The position numbers and the translations under genes were made by a program. Of a stretch of DNA of 64,000 nt, positions 25,910 to 38,729 are shown piece by piece; positions within the stretch are counted from its first letter, which is position 1; each line of letters starts with the position of its first letter. This DNA is from Lama glama. Lineage: Eukaryota. The DNA is taken from NCBI GenBank assembly GCA_028534125.1, contig JAPYYK010000086.1, positions 4,464,001 to 4,528,000 on the forward strand. The letters run 5' to 3'. The notes beneath the pieces are model-generated. The model did not search any database. It worked only from the letters and a program-made list of their open reading frames with translations, and was not told the DNA's origin.

Positions 25910-26115
25910 TGGAGTGATGGCAGATGTTTAATGACTGGCTCTGTAAGCAAAACAGAACACCGAAGAACTTGGTTTTTCGTGTTTGCCAGTTTCTGTGGTG
26001 CAAGTATTCCCATCACGGCTGACTTCAGGCTACCAACAGGAAGTCACTGAAAGCTGAACTGAGAAGGATACACTGACCCAGCTCCTGCCAATATGCATTA
26101 GCTCCCGCATGTAAC
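25910..26115. mobile_element. MER63-like hAT element
   Basis: Similar to 8410-8610 (TTTGCCAGTTTCTGTGGTGCAAGTATTCCCATC). Confidence 0.6.
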
Positions 26116-28099
26116 ATCCTTTACTCACTTCCCAAAAACACATACTTAGGGGAAGGTGACAGGTGGCAGGGCAAGTGGGCTCTGGGAGTTCAGCTGTGCC
26201 CAGATTTGGGCCTCTCTGAAGCAATAGGACTGTCTCCTCTCTCCTCGCTGGGGACTCCCAGACAGCCAACCCAGTGTCATCAACGCCCGTCCAATTCCTT
26301 TGACTGGTTCATTCTGTTCAAAGAATCTGCTTCCTGATGCTTTGTGAGTTACAGTATCACAGCAGTTTTAAGGGCCCTGCCCTAGACATGCAGGTTCAAG
26401 AGCAACATACCACAGGGTGGACGAGAGATGCAGAAGTGGTCCATCAGTGACTGGTCTCATGCTTGTCCTGTTCCTCCAATAAGGCACTTAACTGAAGGAC
26501 TTGTTTTTGCCTTTGCGCTATGCTTATTTTCAAACACATTCGAAAGGTTTTATTAAGAGCAACCTGCCTCACACTAAGTACAAACGAATTTCTTCAGGAG
26601 CCTAGAAGAGCCAATGTCAGCTCGTGTTTGGGGGGAAAAAATACAGCTGGAACGTTGTTGGCACAAACGCTCTATTTCTGGTAGAAATTGTCCCACACGA
26701 TTAATGAAGCTTCTGTCAACACTGGGTTCAGAATTGGAAACAAGGATTAATTGGAAGTAGAGTGGATGAACCAAAAAGTCATTAGTCCTCCCTCCAACTC
26801 TTAGTTGCTTTTACAAGTCAGGAAACTATTCTGCTGGGATGGCTTAAAATTGGAGAACAGAAGGTTTTATAAAGAAGATTCTTGATCAATGGCATCTAAA
26901 TTTAACTGGTCATAAGAATCACTTGGGGGAGCTTATCAACTATACACACTCCTCAACTCCATCCACCACGAGAGGGGACCTGAGAATTTAAATTTTTATA
27001 GTTTTTACCACTAAAACTGTGCTCCCCAGAGCACATGCATTGGTGATCACCTGGGAGCTTATTATAAAGGCAGAATCTTAGACCCTATCCCAGACTTGAA
27101 ACTAGAATCTGAATTTAGCAAGATACCCAAGTAATGTATACATGTGTTAAAGTTTGAAATTCACTGCTAAGTCTTTTTTGAACACCAATTCTAACTCTCC
27201 CTGGGTCAGGCTACCAAAACAGAATCGATTTTTTGCCAGAAAGTGGTGGAGAGAAAAAAAATTATTACTTTATTTCATTTATTTATATGTTCACTAATTC
27301 AAAGAGACTTGCAGTGGATAATGGTAAAAGACATAAAGTAATAAATACATTTAAAATATGGCTGAAGTCAAATGAAGGGAGGATAGAAAACAATCTTACT
27401 AGACTTAGTACAATAAAGTGAGCTTCTGGAAGCCAAAGCAGGCAGGTTAGCCTGGTGGGCAGAAGGGAAAAACCTCTATTTCTTTCCGACTGATAAAAAA
27501 CAAAACAACAACAACAAAAAAAACCCAAAAAACAAAAACAAAAAACAAAAGAGAACTATATAATTTTTTAGAAGACAAACTTTCTTCCTGAATCTACATT
27601 TTAAGAATTTTTTGGAAGTTCCTTTATGTAAAGGTCTTTGGACTTGCAGAAGGATGCTGCCTTCAGAGCAGTTTTACAGAAGACTCAGAGATTTTAGTGG
27701 TGGGATAGTATGGTCAGCCCTCAGTATCCACGGGTTCTAAATCCATGGTTGGTTGAATCCATTGCCATGGAACTTACAGATACAGAAGGCCGACAGTACA
27801 TGGTATTAATACTCAGTGATGTCTTGGACTGCATTCTTGAGTTACATTTTAAACTCTAACTTGCTGAAGGCATTTCTTTGGGGCAAATGACATAAGGAAT
27901 CATTATAATATTTATCTTTCAGAGTTTTAACAAGCCCCTTCTATTGGCTTTAAGCCACCGGAGCCACGCCAAGAACATCTTAGTTCAATTCTTCCATGGC
28001 AGCCTAAGTCACTCTGTTGGCTGAATCCTAACACACTATCTTGGCAAAAGGGGCCTTTCAGACATGGTTGGAATCTCTGATGCCTGATGTTTCTCTTCT

Positions 28100-28290
28100 T
28101 TGTTTTTTAAATTTTTCAGTTGAGTGTAGTTGATTTACGTTAGTTTCAGTTGTACAGCAAAGTGATTCAGTTATACATATACATACATATAAATTTTCTT
28201 CTCAGATTCTTTTCCATTATATGTTATTATAAGAAACTGAATACAGTTCCCTGTGCTATCCAGCGGCTCCTTGTTTATCTGTTTTATATG
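28100..28290 (-). mobile_element. Older truncated L1 3' end
   Basis: GTAGTTGATTTAC...GTACAGCAAAGTGATTCAGTTATACAT...GTTCCCTGTGCTAT, typical of the antisense L1 3' UTR. Confidence 0.8.
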
Positions 28291-28431
28291 AAGTCTGATA
28301 TTTCTTTTTGGCAGAAGAACTTCAGATTCAGAATCCTGACCCAAATCAGAAGCTTTGCTTGATAGACTATATTCAACTTAAAAAAACAGACAAAGAAAAA
28401 CTCTGTTTAGGGTAGCTTTCCTATTTTAGCC

Positions 28432-28621
28432 CAGTGGTTTTCAAAGTTGGGTGTGGGATCAGCAGTGTCAGCATCACCTGGGGGCTCATCAGAAATGAAA
28501 ATCCTCAGGTCCCAGCCCAGAACTACTACGTCAGAAATTCTGGAAGTAGAGCTCAGCAGTCTGTGTTTTATTTAACAAGTCCTCCAAGTGATTCTGACGC
28601 ATGGCAACGTTTGAAAATCAA
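28432..28621. mobile_element. MER5A hAT-Charlie MITE
   Basis: CAGTGGTTTTCAAAGT...CAGCATCACCTGGG...TTTAACAAGTCCTCCAAGTGATTCTGA. Confidence 0.85.
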
Positions 28622-28631
28622 TACCACAGGA

Positions 28632-28878
28632 TTTTTTTTTTTTTTTGGAGAATAACATGCTTCTCCATTCTTTTTCAAATTTAAGTACAGTCAGCTATAA
28701 TGTGTCAGTTTCTGGTGTACAGCACAATGTCCCAGTCATGCATATACACACATATATCCGTTTTCATATTCTTTTTCATTAAAGGTCACCACAAGATATT
28801 GAATACACTTCCCTGTGCTATACAGAAGAAACTTGTGTCTTTTTAAAATCTATTTTTATAATCTCAAACTCCCAAACT
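28632..28878 (-). mobile_element. 5'-truncated L1 3' end
   Basis: Antisense of the same 3' UTR (TTCCCTGTGCTATACAG, TTTCTGGTGTACAGC). T15 tail. TSD TACCACAGGA at 28622-28631 and 28879-28888. Confidence 0.88.
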
Positions 28879-28922
28879 TACCACAGGAAACTTTAACTGC
28901 CTTCTGATCTGATCAGTTGGAA

Positions 28923-29097
28923 CAGTAGTTCCCAACCTGTGCTGTTCATTAGAATCACACCTGGGTGGCTTTAAGGACTGAAGGGTCCCAGGGTCCTAGG
29001 CCCAGTGATGCGTTAGTTGCTATGGAGGATAGTATGGTATCAGGTTATTGAAAAGCTCCCTAGGTGACTGTAACTGGCAGCAAAATTTGAGAACCAA
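28923..29097. mobile_element. MER5-family MITE
   Basis: CAGTAGTTCCCAACCT...TTAGAATCAC...AAAGCTCCCTAGGTGA...TTTGAGAACCA. Confidence 0.7.
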
Positions 29098-30044
29098 GGA
29101 AATGGATTTACTGGTGATTTTGCGGCTGTCTACATTACAGGCTTTTGGTATGGATACTAGTTAAAAATAGCAAAAAAACCAAAAAAACCAAAAAACAAAA
29201 AACAAAACCCCCAAAACAGAAAACTATTATATTGCTACAAACACTTTAAGGTTTGCAACAAGTTTTCACACATGATCTCTTTTAGTTTTGATAGTGAGGA
29301 AAAGCACATTCTACTGATAAATGAATGCTTAGTGACTTGTGAAAAATACCAAATTTGAGTTTGAGATCCAAGTGCATATAGCTTTCCCTCTTCACAATGA
29401 GTCAAGTCAAGCTCCTGCCTAGATGACTACAGCTGGGCAGGAGAGGCTCTCGCCCTCTCCTTGGATGCTGATCACACTCAGCCATTTGATTATTTTGTAA
29501 TCTGGCTCAACGAGGCAGCTGAGAAATCAGACTCAGACGCAGATGAGCACTTGCGAAAGTCCCCGCGAAACAACTTTTAGTTTAGCCTTAATGTTTTTCT
29601 AATTTGCGAGCCCATCATTTGGACAAATGCCAAATCAACCAGATACTTGCTCAAGCCTGCACCTCACTTTAATTGGCCCATCAGTTCCTTAATGGCATCA
29701 GAGTGTCCTGCCAGAGTCTGACGTCCTCCACCACACAGGCCAGGAGGATCCCCATGGTACTGAACCACCGGACAGAAATTCCTCAGGACAAAGCTACTTC
29801 TCTCCCTTATGCAGTCCTAGCAAAGTCGGGCCGTATCCAAGACCACTGGGAAGACATCCACTTGCTCATAGGGATCATTCATCCCATTTCAAAGTCAAAG
29901 ATACTCAAATAAATAAGTGAAATGATACTCCCTGTGTAAGAAAAAAAAAATCAAAGATACTCTGAGTCATGGCCTGCTATGACCCAGGTGAACTGGGCGA
30001 AGTAACCAAGCATCATGGTCCATCACAATCACTTATCCTCCGTG

Positions 30045-30430
30045 GGGAGTGCTGTTGGTACCCTACACAGATTCTTTTTCTGACCCCAGCTGCTGTGAGC
30101 ACTGGCTGCTTACCACCCCCAGCTGCCCCCGTCTCTGGGAAACTGGGAGGTTCTGCCCCATCCTCCTACCACCACCACCACCTCCTAAGGGGCAACCCAA
30201 TGAATAACTGATACAGAGATTTTTACAAGGCCAGCCTCCTTGCCTCAGGTGGGAGTAACTTTGAGATGCAGTTTATGCTCCAGACATCCTGCCTCCAGGA
30301 TGCAGATGTGACACAGGCTAGACTTCACCTGAGACCATGTCCCTGCTCAGTTGCTTTCGCTTTCAGGTTTGTCCCAAAGGACACTCCCCCAGGGACTCAC
30401 AGGTACCCGAACCCCTGCCTCTGCTTTTGG
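30045..30430 (+). mobile_element. LTR16-like ERVL LTR
   Basis: CCAGCCTCCTTGCCTCAGGTGGGA...TTTATGCTCCAGA. Boundaries approximate. Confidence 0.55.
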
Positions 30431-33400
30431 GAGTTCAGTCATCCTCTACGATATGTACAGAATGACGTAAGTATTCTGTACGGAGCATCACAGAAAAGGC
30501 CAAGTTTGGCAATTCAGTCTGCAGCCCCCATCACCAACAGGATCACCTATGTAAGTGGACACAAACATTAAACATGAATAAGAATAGTTCATTAGAAAAG
30601 TTATCCTTTAATCAATAAAATGCCTAACTTAGTTTTATTTTTTTTAATGGAAGATTCGAGTTTCCCCGTGATTATGACTTTACTCACTACAATTCCAACA
30701 CACCTTCGTGAGTGGGGAGAGGGGCAGGATGACGGTATCACCAGGGAATCACGCAGCACCAGAGGCGTACGCCACACAAGTAAACCTCATCCAGGACGTA
30801 GCTTAATACAGGAGACAAAAGTCTGGGAACAGCTGCCTTGAGGAATAATAAACTATCAATTGTAAGAGGCCAGTCACAAACAAGGACATTTTTATTCAAA
30901 ATATTCCTAATCAGACCTACTCTAATACACTGACCTCAAGGTAAAAGGCTCTCTATGGCATCCTCCTATCCAGTGAGTAAATCACCCAGCACCCAGGTTA
31001 ATTATTCAGCAGTTTCAGTCCATTAAATATAGATACGTTACATATACATTAAATACCTAGACAGAACACATAAAACAAGACCAAGGGAAGAGCCTATTAA
31101 ACAGATGCTTCCTGACCATCTCTTATTCATGACTTTCGGGCTGGTACCCAGCATGGAAGGGATTCTCCTCTCGAGCACTGGAGGAGGCTGATCATTTGAC
31201 TGAGAGCCAGAACCAGCACACTTTTTTTCTTCCTCATCCTGAAGGACTTGTTTTCATTTTTGTTTCTATGTTGAATTCAGCCTCCCTAGGATTCCGATCT
31301 AGGTAATAACCGGTTATATGATCCATTAGAGTCAAACTATTGCCATTCTGCAAGAAACAACATGACTAGTGGAATACAGTCATATTAGAGCTTACCTAAG
31401 GTAACCAGTATTAATTTACATGTATTCTCAAATAATCAAGTGTCCCTTTCATTCACTTATGATGGACTCTAGGGATCAACCCATTCAAACTTTACCGCCC
31501 TTCAATTCACTTGGAATATGCTAGCGTGATTTGGGGTGGGGGCAGAAAAATGGGATATTAAAGAGGAAACTTCTAAGCTTGTTGGCAAAGATCCTCTAAA
31601 ATTAGCCCTTAATTAATTTTTCCATCCTTCTTTCAAGTCTAAACTTTACCTTAATGATTTATGTGTGTGAATCAAAAATTTTGGAAAACATTCAGGATTC
31701 TCTACAAGCGAGAAACTATCCAGATGTTTTAAAACTCTGAATCTTCCTTCAGGCCCATTCACTCTGATCTGCAAGCATCCTGGTCCTTTCTCTCTGCCTG
31801 TACAACTATAAAGCATTTTTCAGGGCTCAGCTGATTAGTCCAGTCCATTAGACGAACTCCCTTTCCTGAATTTCTGAAAGACTTACTATTTTTACCACTT
31901 ATTTGGCCTGTATCACTTACTGACATGCCTTATTGTTCTATTCAACAGAGATCAGGGGGTTAAGTAGCTTCTCAAACGTTTTCATCTTATTTTCCCTGCT
32001 CTAGCGTGCTGATCTCGAGGGACTCAAGAAAGGACTCAGATGAAGAATTCATTCGGAATTAGATCCATTTGGAAATGATTTTAAATAAACCTCTGAATGT
32101 AAGAGTTGGAGAAGTGATTCCCACCTCTCAGGCCTTGAACTCTGGGGAGGGGGGAGGGGGAGGACCTGGAGAGGATCCTGGAACACAAACAACATATATA
32201 CACACACACACACACATTCAGACGTGTACACACGTACACTTCTCCTACAGACTCTGTTATGTTCAGCTGCAGGTAGTGCTCTAGGTAAAAATCATTTAAT
32301 AGCCTTTCTTACTTCAGGCTCTGCTTTTGGGACTTCAGTCATCCTCTGTCTTTATCCCATGGTTACATCCCATGATTTTCAGTCATCTGTTACTATCAAG
32401 TTTTCTTCTTTTAACAAAGGGAACTACAAAATCTTTTAAAATGATAATGAGGTCCCCAAACTTATAAATTGGCAAGTATTCACCTAGAGGGTTTTAGGAC
32501 CATGTGATTCATTCCTGAGGCCACACAGCCTCCATTTTAGCTGTTCTTCTAACTAGCTGACACAACATTTAATAGAGTAGACACTTCTCTCTGCAGAAAA
32601 CCTTAAGCAATCTACAGAGTCATGAACTGTGCTCCAAGAGTCAGTTCCAACTACCCATTAACTACCTGGCCAGGGTGGGACCATCACACTTGTCCTGGAG
32701 GAAGTTGGAATTACTGTTCTCAACATTTATAGGGTGGGAGGTACGTGTGTTGAGGCTTCCAAAAAGGTCATCCTTAGAGTAGATCAAGCCAAGCAGATGA
32801 TTATTCCAGGGGCACAGAATTCTCCCAGGCCGCTGTGAAAAAGACTGCAGCCCCATGAACTCTCACAAAGTCTTGTTTTTGATGGGATGCTGGTTCATGT
32901 AAAGAACTTGGTGAGAAGAACAACTGTGTAAGGTTTTCCTTCCTTTTTGACTTTGCACGGGGTGGAAGTACATTCAGTTGGGGAGCACCTCCTTAAACAT
33001 GGAAGAGTTCCATGCTGGGCAGCAAAGGAGTGCTTTGCAGAAGGGAAAATCAGGACTCTGAAACTGGGCAAATTATCAGGATTTCTGGAATCAGCTCCTT
33101 GTGTGGGCTGCCTTTGTCTTCTTTATAATCTTTCTACTATGCTCTCTCTAAGAACTACTGCTCAGATACTTGAGATAAATTCTGAGTCAGAGTCAAGATT
33201 TTTCTATGAGACAAATGCAAGTTGATGGCCTGGACTTTTTTTTTTTTTTAATGCCCATAGATTTGTTAATCCACTTAACTTATGCTTTCAATTATTTACT
33301 AAACTCATTACTTCAGTTTTTAAAACAGTCCCTCAACTCCTTCATCACCTACTGTAGTCATTCATTCTTTCATTCATTCATTATTTACGGAGTGTATTCT

Positions 33401-33600
33401 ACGTGTTTCAATATTGCATTAAGTCCTGAGGGTTAAATGACGAGTTAAGCCAAATATGGTCCTTGACATCATGGGGAAGTTAAAGTGCAGGGAGAGAAAA
33501 AGGCAGCAAAGTCACAGTAACAAATGCAACATGCAACTGGAACATCTGTTATAAAGGAGAGTTAAAAGGCAAGACAAAAATGTAATAGAAGTTAGAATCC

Positions 33601-33828
33601 GGGGGGTGGGAAGGAATAGACTGGGATTTCAAAATGTAGACTAGATAAACAAGATTATACTGTATAGCACAGGGAAATATAGACAAGATCTTGTGGTAGC
33701 TCGCAGAGAAAAAAATGTGACAATGAATATATATATGTTCATGTATAACTCAAAAATTGTGCTCTACACTGGAATTTGACACAACATTGTAAAGTGATTA
33801 TAAATCAATAAAAAATGTTAAAAAAAAA
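33601..33828 (+). mobile_element. Truncated L1 3' end (distinct subfamily) nested at the 5' edge of another L1
   Basis: TATAGCACAGGGAAATATA...GACACAACATTGTAAA...AATAAA plus A-run, flanked by AAGTTAG direct repeats. Confidence 0.85.
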
Positions 33829-34063
33829 GTTAGTACCTGCACATCTTGACCTCCCAATTTATCCCTTCCCACCCTGGTAACCATAAGTTTGTTTCCTATG
33901 TCTGTGAGTGTAGCATAGGAAGCTATATTCAGTATCTTACAGTAACTTATAATGAAAAAGAATGTGAAAAGGAATATATGGATGTGCATTTGTGATTGAA
34001 ACATTATGCTGTATGCCAGGAACTGACACAACACTGTAAACTGACTATACTTCAATAAAAAAT
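33829..34063 (+). mobile_element. L1 3' end with a 5' inversion
   Basis: 33829-33909 is antisense L1 3' UTR; 33910-34063 is sense, ending CTGACTATACTTCAATAAAAA. Outer TSD AAAATGTAA(T/C)AG at 33577 and 34064. Confidence 0.85.
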
Positions 34064-34756
34064 AAAATGTAACAGGAGGAGTTGACCGGGGCCTAGGGCC
34101 AGGTGTGGCTTCCTGAAGAAGCATCCACGGAGCTGGAGTGGGAGGATGGAGAGGAGTTAACGAAAGGAAGAGGTGATGGCGGAGCATCTCAGGCAGAGGA
34201 ACAGGTGCGTGCCGGTGGCCTGTGTGGGAGGGGAGGACCGTGACTGTCTAGCACAGGAAGGTCAGCCTCGCTGAAGAGCAGGAGGAAAGGGGCCCTGGGT
34301 GAAAGATAGAGCCGGAGGGGCAGACTGCTAGTACACAGTCTGGAAAATTCAGATGTGAAAGAACAAGACGTAATCTGCCAGTTGTTCAAATAAACCTTTC
34401 CACACCAAGGCAGCGCCTTCTCCCTCCAAGCTGAAGTTGCAGCCAATCAGGGTGGCAGCCACAGACACCAAAGCATTTCAGAAACTGGGCTCAATTTAGT
34501 AGAACGACCGATAGAGGAATAAAAATGAGCACCAAGGGAACTGCGTTAACCCATCCTCAGCACCAGAAGCAGCTGATTCAGAAAGTGGTCTCTTCTCACT
34601 GCTGGTGGAACACATTACTCGTTTCCCGAGCAATATCCTCAGTCTAAAGATCCCTTCACTTCTTTTCTTGGATGGAACATTTATGCTTGGCAAAACACAT
34701 GTTAGTTCAGTGAGTTAAAGGTTTTACTCTTTTTTCTTTCCAGGATGAAGACTCAC

Positions 34757-34886
34757 CTATAACGCTCAGCTCCGCGCTGGAAAAGATAACTCCGTGTTTA
34801 TTTTCTGCCACACACTGATACATGCCAGCATCTGAGAGGTTCACTACTGTTATGTTGAGCATTCCTTGCTCGATTTGAATTCTATC
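34757..34886 (-). CDS. CNTN4: Contactin-4 exon (second half of Ig4): [43 protein letters not shown]
   Basis: Lies inside ORF 34707..34940. Acceptor ttcctctttcacag|GAT, donor G|gtgagt; 130 nt, phase 0 to 1. DAGMYQC motif. Confidence 0.97.
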
Positions 34887-36699
34887 CTGTGAAAGAGGAA
34901 CACAAAACAGTGACCTTCTGCAACTGAGACCTTCAGGCAATCTTGCTACCTGTTATATCAAAGGGGCTTACGGGGAAGAAAATAGCCATCACATAAGCAA
35001 TTTACATAACATGATCTATTAATCTGTCAACTAAATTTGTAGCAGGTCAGATGCTAAATGGAACAACCGGTACATCAGTTGGTAAATGGGATTTAAATTG
35101 TAGGAATCTCTCATGTTCTTATTGATTTAAGAGTGAAACCGTTCAGATTAATATCCGCTCTAAACAGATGAAATTTAAAATACATTTTTTTTTACTCCAA
35201 GGCTTGGTGCTACTCCAAGGGGGTAAGGGGTGGGAAATACAACTCAATTGATAGTTTAGAGTAGTGGAAACACTCAGATTATGAGCAGGCAACACTTTGA
35301 AGGTTAATAGGACTGTCATCTTCTTGGATGAAGCAGAGACACATATATAACATCAGCTGAAGTTTACTAAGAAAAGGCGTAGGTATTAATAATTTAATGT
35401 TCTTCCCTTACTCGAGTGCTGTTGGTGGCATGATCTAAGCTTCGGACCATCTGCTGGCAGCCAGTCTGAAGAAAGCAAAGCTAGTGTCTAGAACAACAGA
35501 CCATCCTCATTCATCAGCCTGAGGTTATGTCAGTTTTTATAAGTACCCCAAAAGATCTTCTCTATTCCGGGAGCCATGTTCCAGGAACCTCTTTTCTACC
35601 TGCCATTCTAAAGAGTAAAATGCATAAAGATGTACTGGTTTTCTGTTTGCCTCAGGGTTGCGATTTAGCTGAGCAGACATTGTATTAGGCTTTGAACGAA
35701 CCTCGCATCCAGGTTCCCTCACATTAAATAAAGGGAGGAAAACGCCAGTTAACCTGGGTACCGACAGTCTAGTGATCCGTTTGCATTTGGCTTTTAGAAT
35801 TAAGAGAATCTCGGGACGGGCAGGGGCCCTCCCGTGGCAGGGTGTGGACTGGGCTCGTCACACAGCCCTCTGCTGCGGCTCTGCACACCCGCACCCCAGC
35901 CAGTGCCCAGAGCAGGCGCTCTTCCCCGGGGACTGACAGGGGAGGAGATCTGAGCAGGAAAATCTGGCTCTCAACTTGGGGACTGAGGAACAAATCAAAT
36001 GTCAGTGAATATTTGAATTCGGTAGGAAAATACAATACGGAAAACTAAACTGGCCAAAACTGCTCCTCGTTCTAAGGTCGTCCCCCACCCCCATTCCACT
36101 CCAATTTCTTTGTCAAGACTCGCACCATTTGGATGGGCGGTCCTGTATCTTGTCAATGCCCCACCTGTCCTAGCAGATTCTGGGGGTACCATCCAGATAC
36201 TTCTTTCAGAACCAAGGTCCTTATTCTTGAAGCTGCTAAGTGTGATGATGGACCACAGCTGAGCCTGCCTCCAGGCACTGTCCTTTGCTGAAATCCAATG
36301 ACTGGTCTTTGTGAGGTTGCAAAGGCCCGGCTGCCTTGCTGCAACTTGGGCACATTTAAAGGACCAGCCTTTTAAGGACCACCCTGCTCCCAAGCGCCTC
36401 CTGAAGGTCTCTACTGCAACTGCAAGACTGTTTAACATCTCCATCCCCTAGATCCCCAACTCCTTCAGAGGTGAGGCTCACAACGGCACCAGCAACATAC
36501 TTCCTGCAGGCAAATCTCTACGTCACAGTCTGTTTTGAGAAAATCCAGAGACAGAGAGCAATTTCTGAAATGCCTTCCAAAAGCACTTAAGCTTTTTTTC
36601 TTTTCCCCTTTATGCCACATCTTCTACCCCACATACATTTTCCTTAAGAAAATTTCCACATAACCAATTCTGAAAGGCAAACTTCAGTAGTTCTGAATT

Positions 36700-36880
36700 G
36701 AGTAGACATTTAATATTTGGATCTCAGCTCCGTGACTAACTAATGATTTGATCTTAGGCAAATTGCTCAATTATGCCCAATTTACAGGCAGGCCAGTTTC
36801 CCAGTCTGTAAAATGGGCATAACAATAGCATTTATCTCATGAGGTCCCTGATGAATATCAGATGAGACTGTGTTTGAAGA
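36700..36880 (+). mobile_element. MIR SINE
   Basis: TTAGGCAAATTGCTCAA...CAGTTTCCCAGTCTGTAAAATGGG core. Confidence 0.75.
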
Positions 36881-37019
36881 GGCAGGACAGGGGAGAACTT
36901 GTTAAAATTGTTTTGAGAAGCACGCCTTCTAAGTCCTTTGTGGCTGTTGCTATAACCTCTCATTTCCCCTTACAAAATGAACAGTCTAAGTAGAATTTTC
37001 ATTTCAATGGTTATAAATC

Positions 37020-37049
37020 TCTATTTCTATTTCTATTTCTATTTCTATT
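37020..37049 (+). repeat. (TCTATT)5 hexanucleotide repeat
   Basis: Direct reading. Confidence 0.85.
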
Positions 37050-37251
37050 GTGTTTGTCAAAGAAAAAATCTGCTATCTTTTCAAAATATCTTGTTTCTTT
37101 TCATGGGCATGATTTCTTCACTCTATCTCTTCAAGCATCCTAAACAGACTTATTCCTATTTCTTAGATGGTTCTATGGGCTGATTATCTTTCTAAACAAC
37201 AAAAAATTTTTTTGCATATGGTTTGGAATATTGGTTTGCAGGTTTATTTTG

Positions 37252-37397
37252 GACTGTGTTTTCTTAAATTAATTTATTTTGGGGGGAAGATAATTAAGTT
37301 CATTCATTTATTTATTTCTAGAGGAGGTACTGGGGATTGAACCCAGGACCTTCTGCATGCTAGGCTTACGCTCCACCACTTGAGCTATATCCTCCCC
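37252..37397 (-). mobile_element. tRNA-derived SINE, camelid Vic-1-like (second copy)
   Basis: Reverse complement GGGGAGGATATAGCTCAAGTGGTGGAG...GGTTCAATCCCC. TSD TTGCAGG(T/C)TTATTTTG at 37236-37251 and 37399-37414. Confidence 0.88.
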
Positions 37398-38327
37398 GTT
37401 GCAGGCTTATTTTGAAACACAGTTACTTTTGTTTGTCTTCTCCTCCCTGTTCATTAGTTTTGTGATTGCCTCCACCTCCTCCCCTGGGCCACTAGTCTAG
37501 AAACAGATACACTCATGACTTCTCTCAGGCCCTGATTGGCGAGGACACGGGGACGACTGCAGCTCCCAGCCAGGGCGAGTGTGGGGCGTGGCCCACGACC
37601 TTGACCTTCCGTCTCTCTTACACCGCACTGTCCTATCAGGCAGCAGCTTGGCTGTAATCTTCACTTAAGCCTTAGCTACATGGATATTGTACCCTGTCTC
37701 CAGAGAGGATTGATTATGCCCGAGCTCTCACCTACTACTGCCTGCTCCCAGGCCTGCAGGCTGGTATCTCCAGCCTCAGTCATCGCTTTTAGTTTCCATT
37801 CTATTTCTGTTGCATTAGAGATGTTAATCTTGTGCTTGCATTCGGCGTTACCACACGTTTAAGGCAGACTGGGTGTTCTGCTGGTGAACATTTTCAACCA
37901 TGTCGTCCACCAGTCTCCCCAGACAGAAGACAATAGTAACAAAACCCACTGAAGGAGGGGATTTGGGTGCTTAGAGGTCTGCCTCACTCATGCACTCCTG
38001 TCTAATATACACACCGACTTGCGTCTCAGCACAATTACATGTTCCAGACCGTCAGCATGACTTTCCAGCTGTACAGCCAGAGATCTTAATCTGAGAAGAC
38101 CAAAGATCCAGTATAGATGCTTATCAAGGCTAAATAAAGCTGAATAATTGGATTTACGTACCGTTTCTACTTATCACGTGCATTCACTTTCACATTTTCC
38201 ACTATTAATGGCATTTGGTTGCATGTTATTTTGGAAACAACTGGCCATATTTCTGTTTCTATAGCAACAAAGCCACCTTAACCATCACAGCCAATATTAA
38301 AGACACAATTATCAGTCATTTGCTTAC

Positions 38328-38464
38328 CTGCGTTAGCAGCGGTTCGCCATTTTTTAGCCACCTGTATGTAGGTTTGGGCCTTCCATTGGCTTTGCATTCC
38401 CACAAGATATTTTCTTCAATGGCCACATGGATATCATTTATTTTTTGAATCCAGTTAGGTTGAG
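38328..38464 (-). CDS. CNTN4: Contactin-4 exon (first half of Ig4): (A)[45 protein letters not shown]
   Basis: Acceptor ctgctatag|CT, donor CAG|gtaagc; 137 nt, phase 1 to 0. CxAxGxPxPxxxWxKNG Ig motif. Confidence 0.97.
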
Positions 38465-38729
38465 CTATAGCAGTTCACAAAGCAAAGACAAGACATACAT
38501 TCAGTGCCTGTTCAGTCCACATTTATCATATGCAATCAAGGGACAAAAATAGGCTTATAATAAAATCCCATTTATAGAGGTTATACAAGGCTGGATAGAA
38601 GTTCACGGGATGCTTTAATAAAACACCCCACTCTCTGTCCAACTCTGAATGTCCTGTTTTTGCAGTCCATGAGGCTGGTTTTCTCATCACTAAAGGCAGA
38701 ATGAATAAAACTACCATTAGACGTACGGG

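Larger units (their letters stand above)
33340..34300 (-). mobile_element. L2 3' end hosting the nested L1 insertions
   Basis: (TTCA)n tail at about 33358-33380. Antisense L2 resumes after 34075 (GGCTTCCTGAAGAAG...CAGGCAGAGGAACAG). Confidence 0.6.

Noticed and set aside
32144-32163. G-run cluster as a G-quadruplex
   Set aside because: Only three long G-runs, and no functional context.
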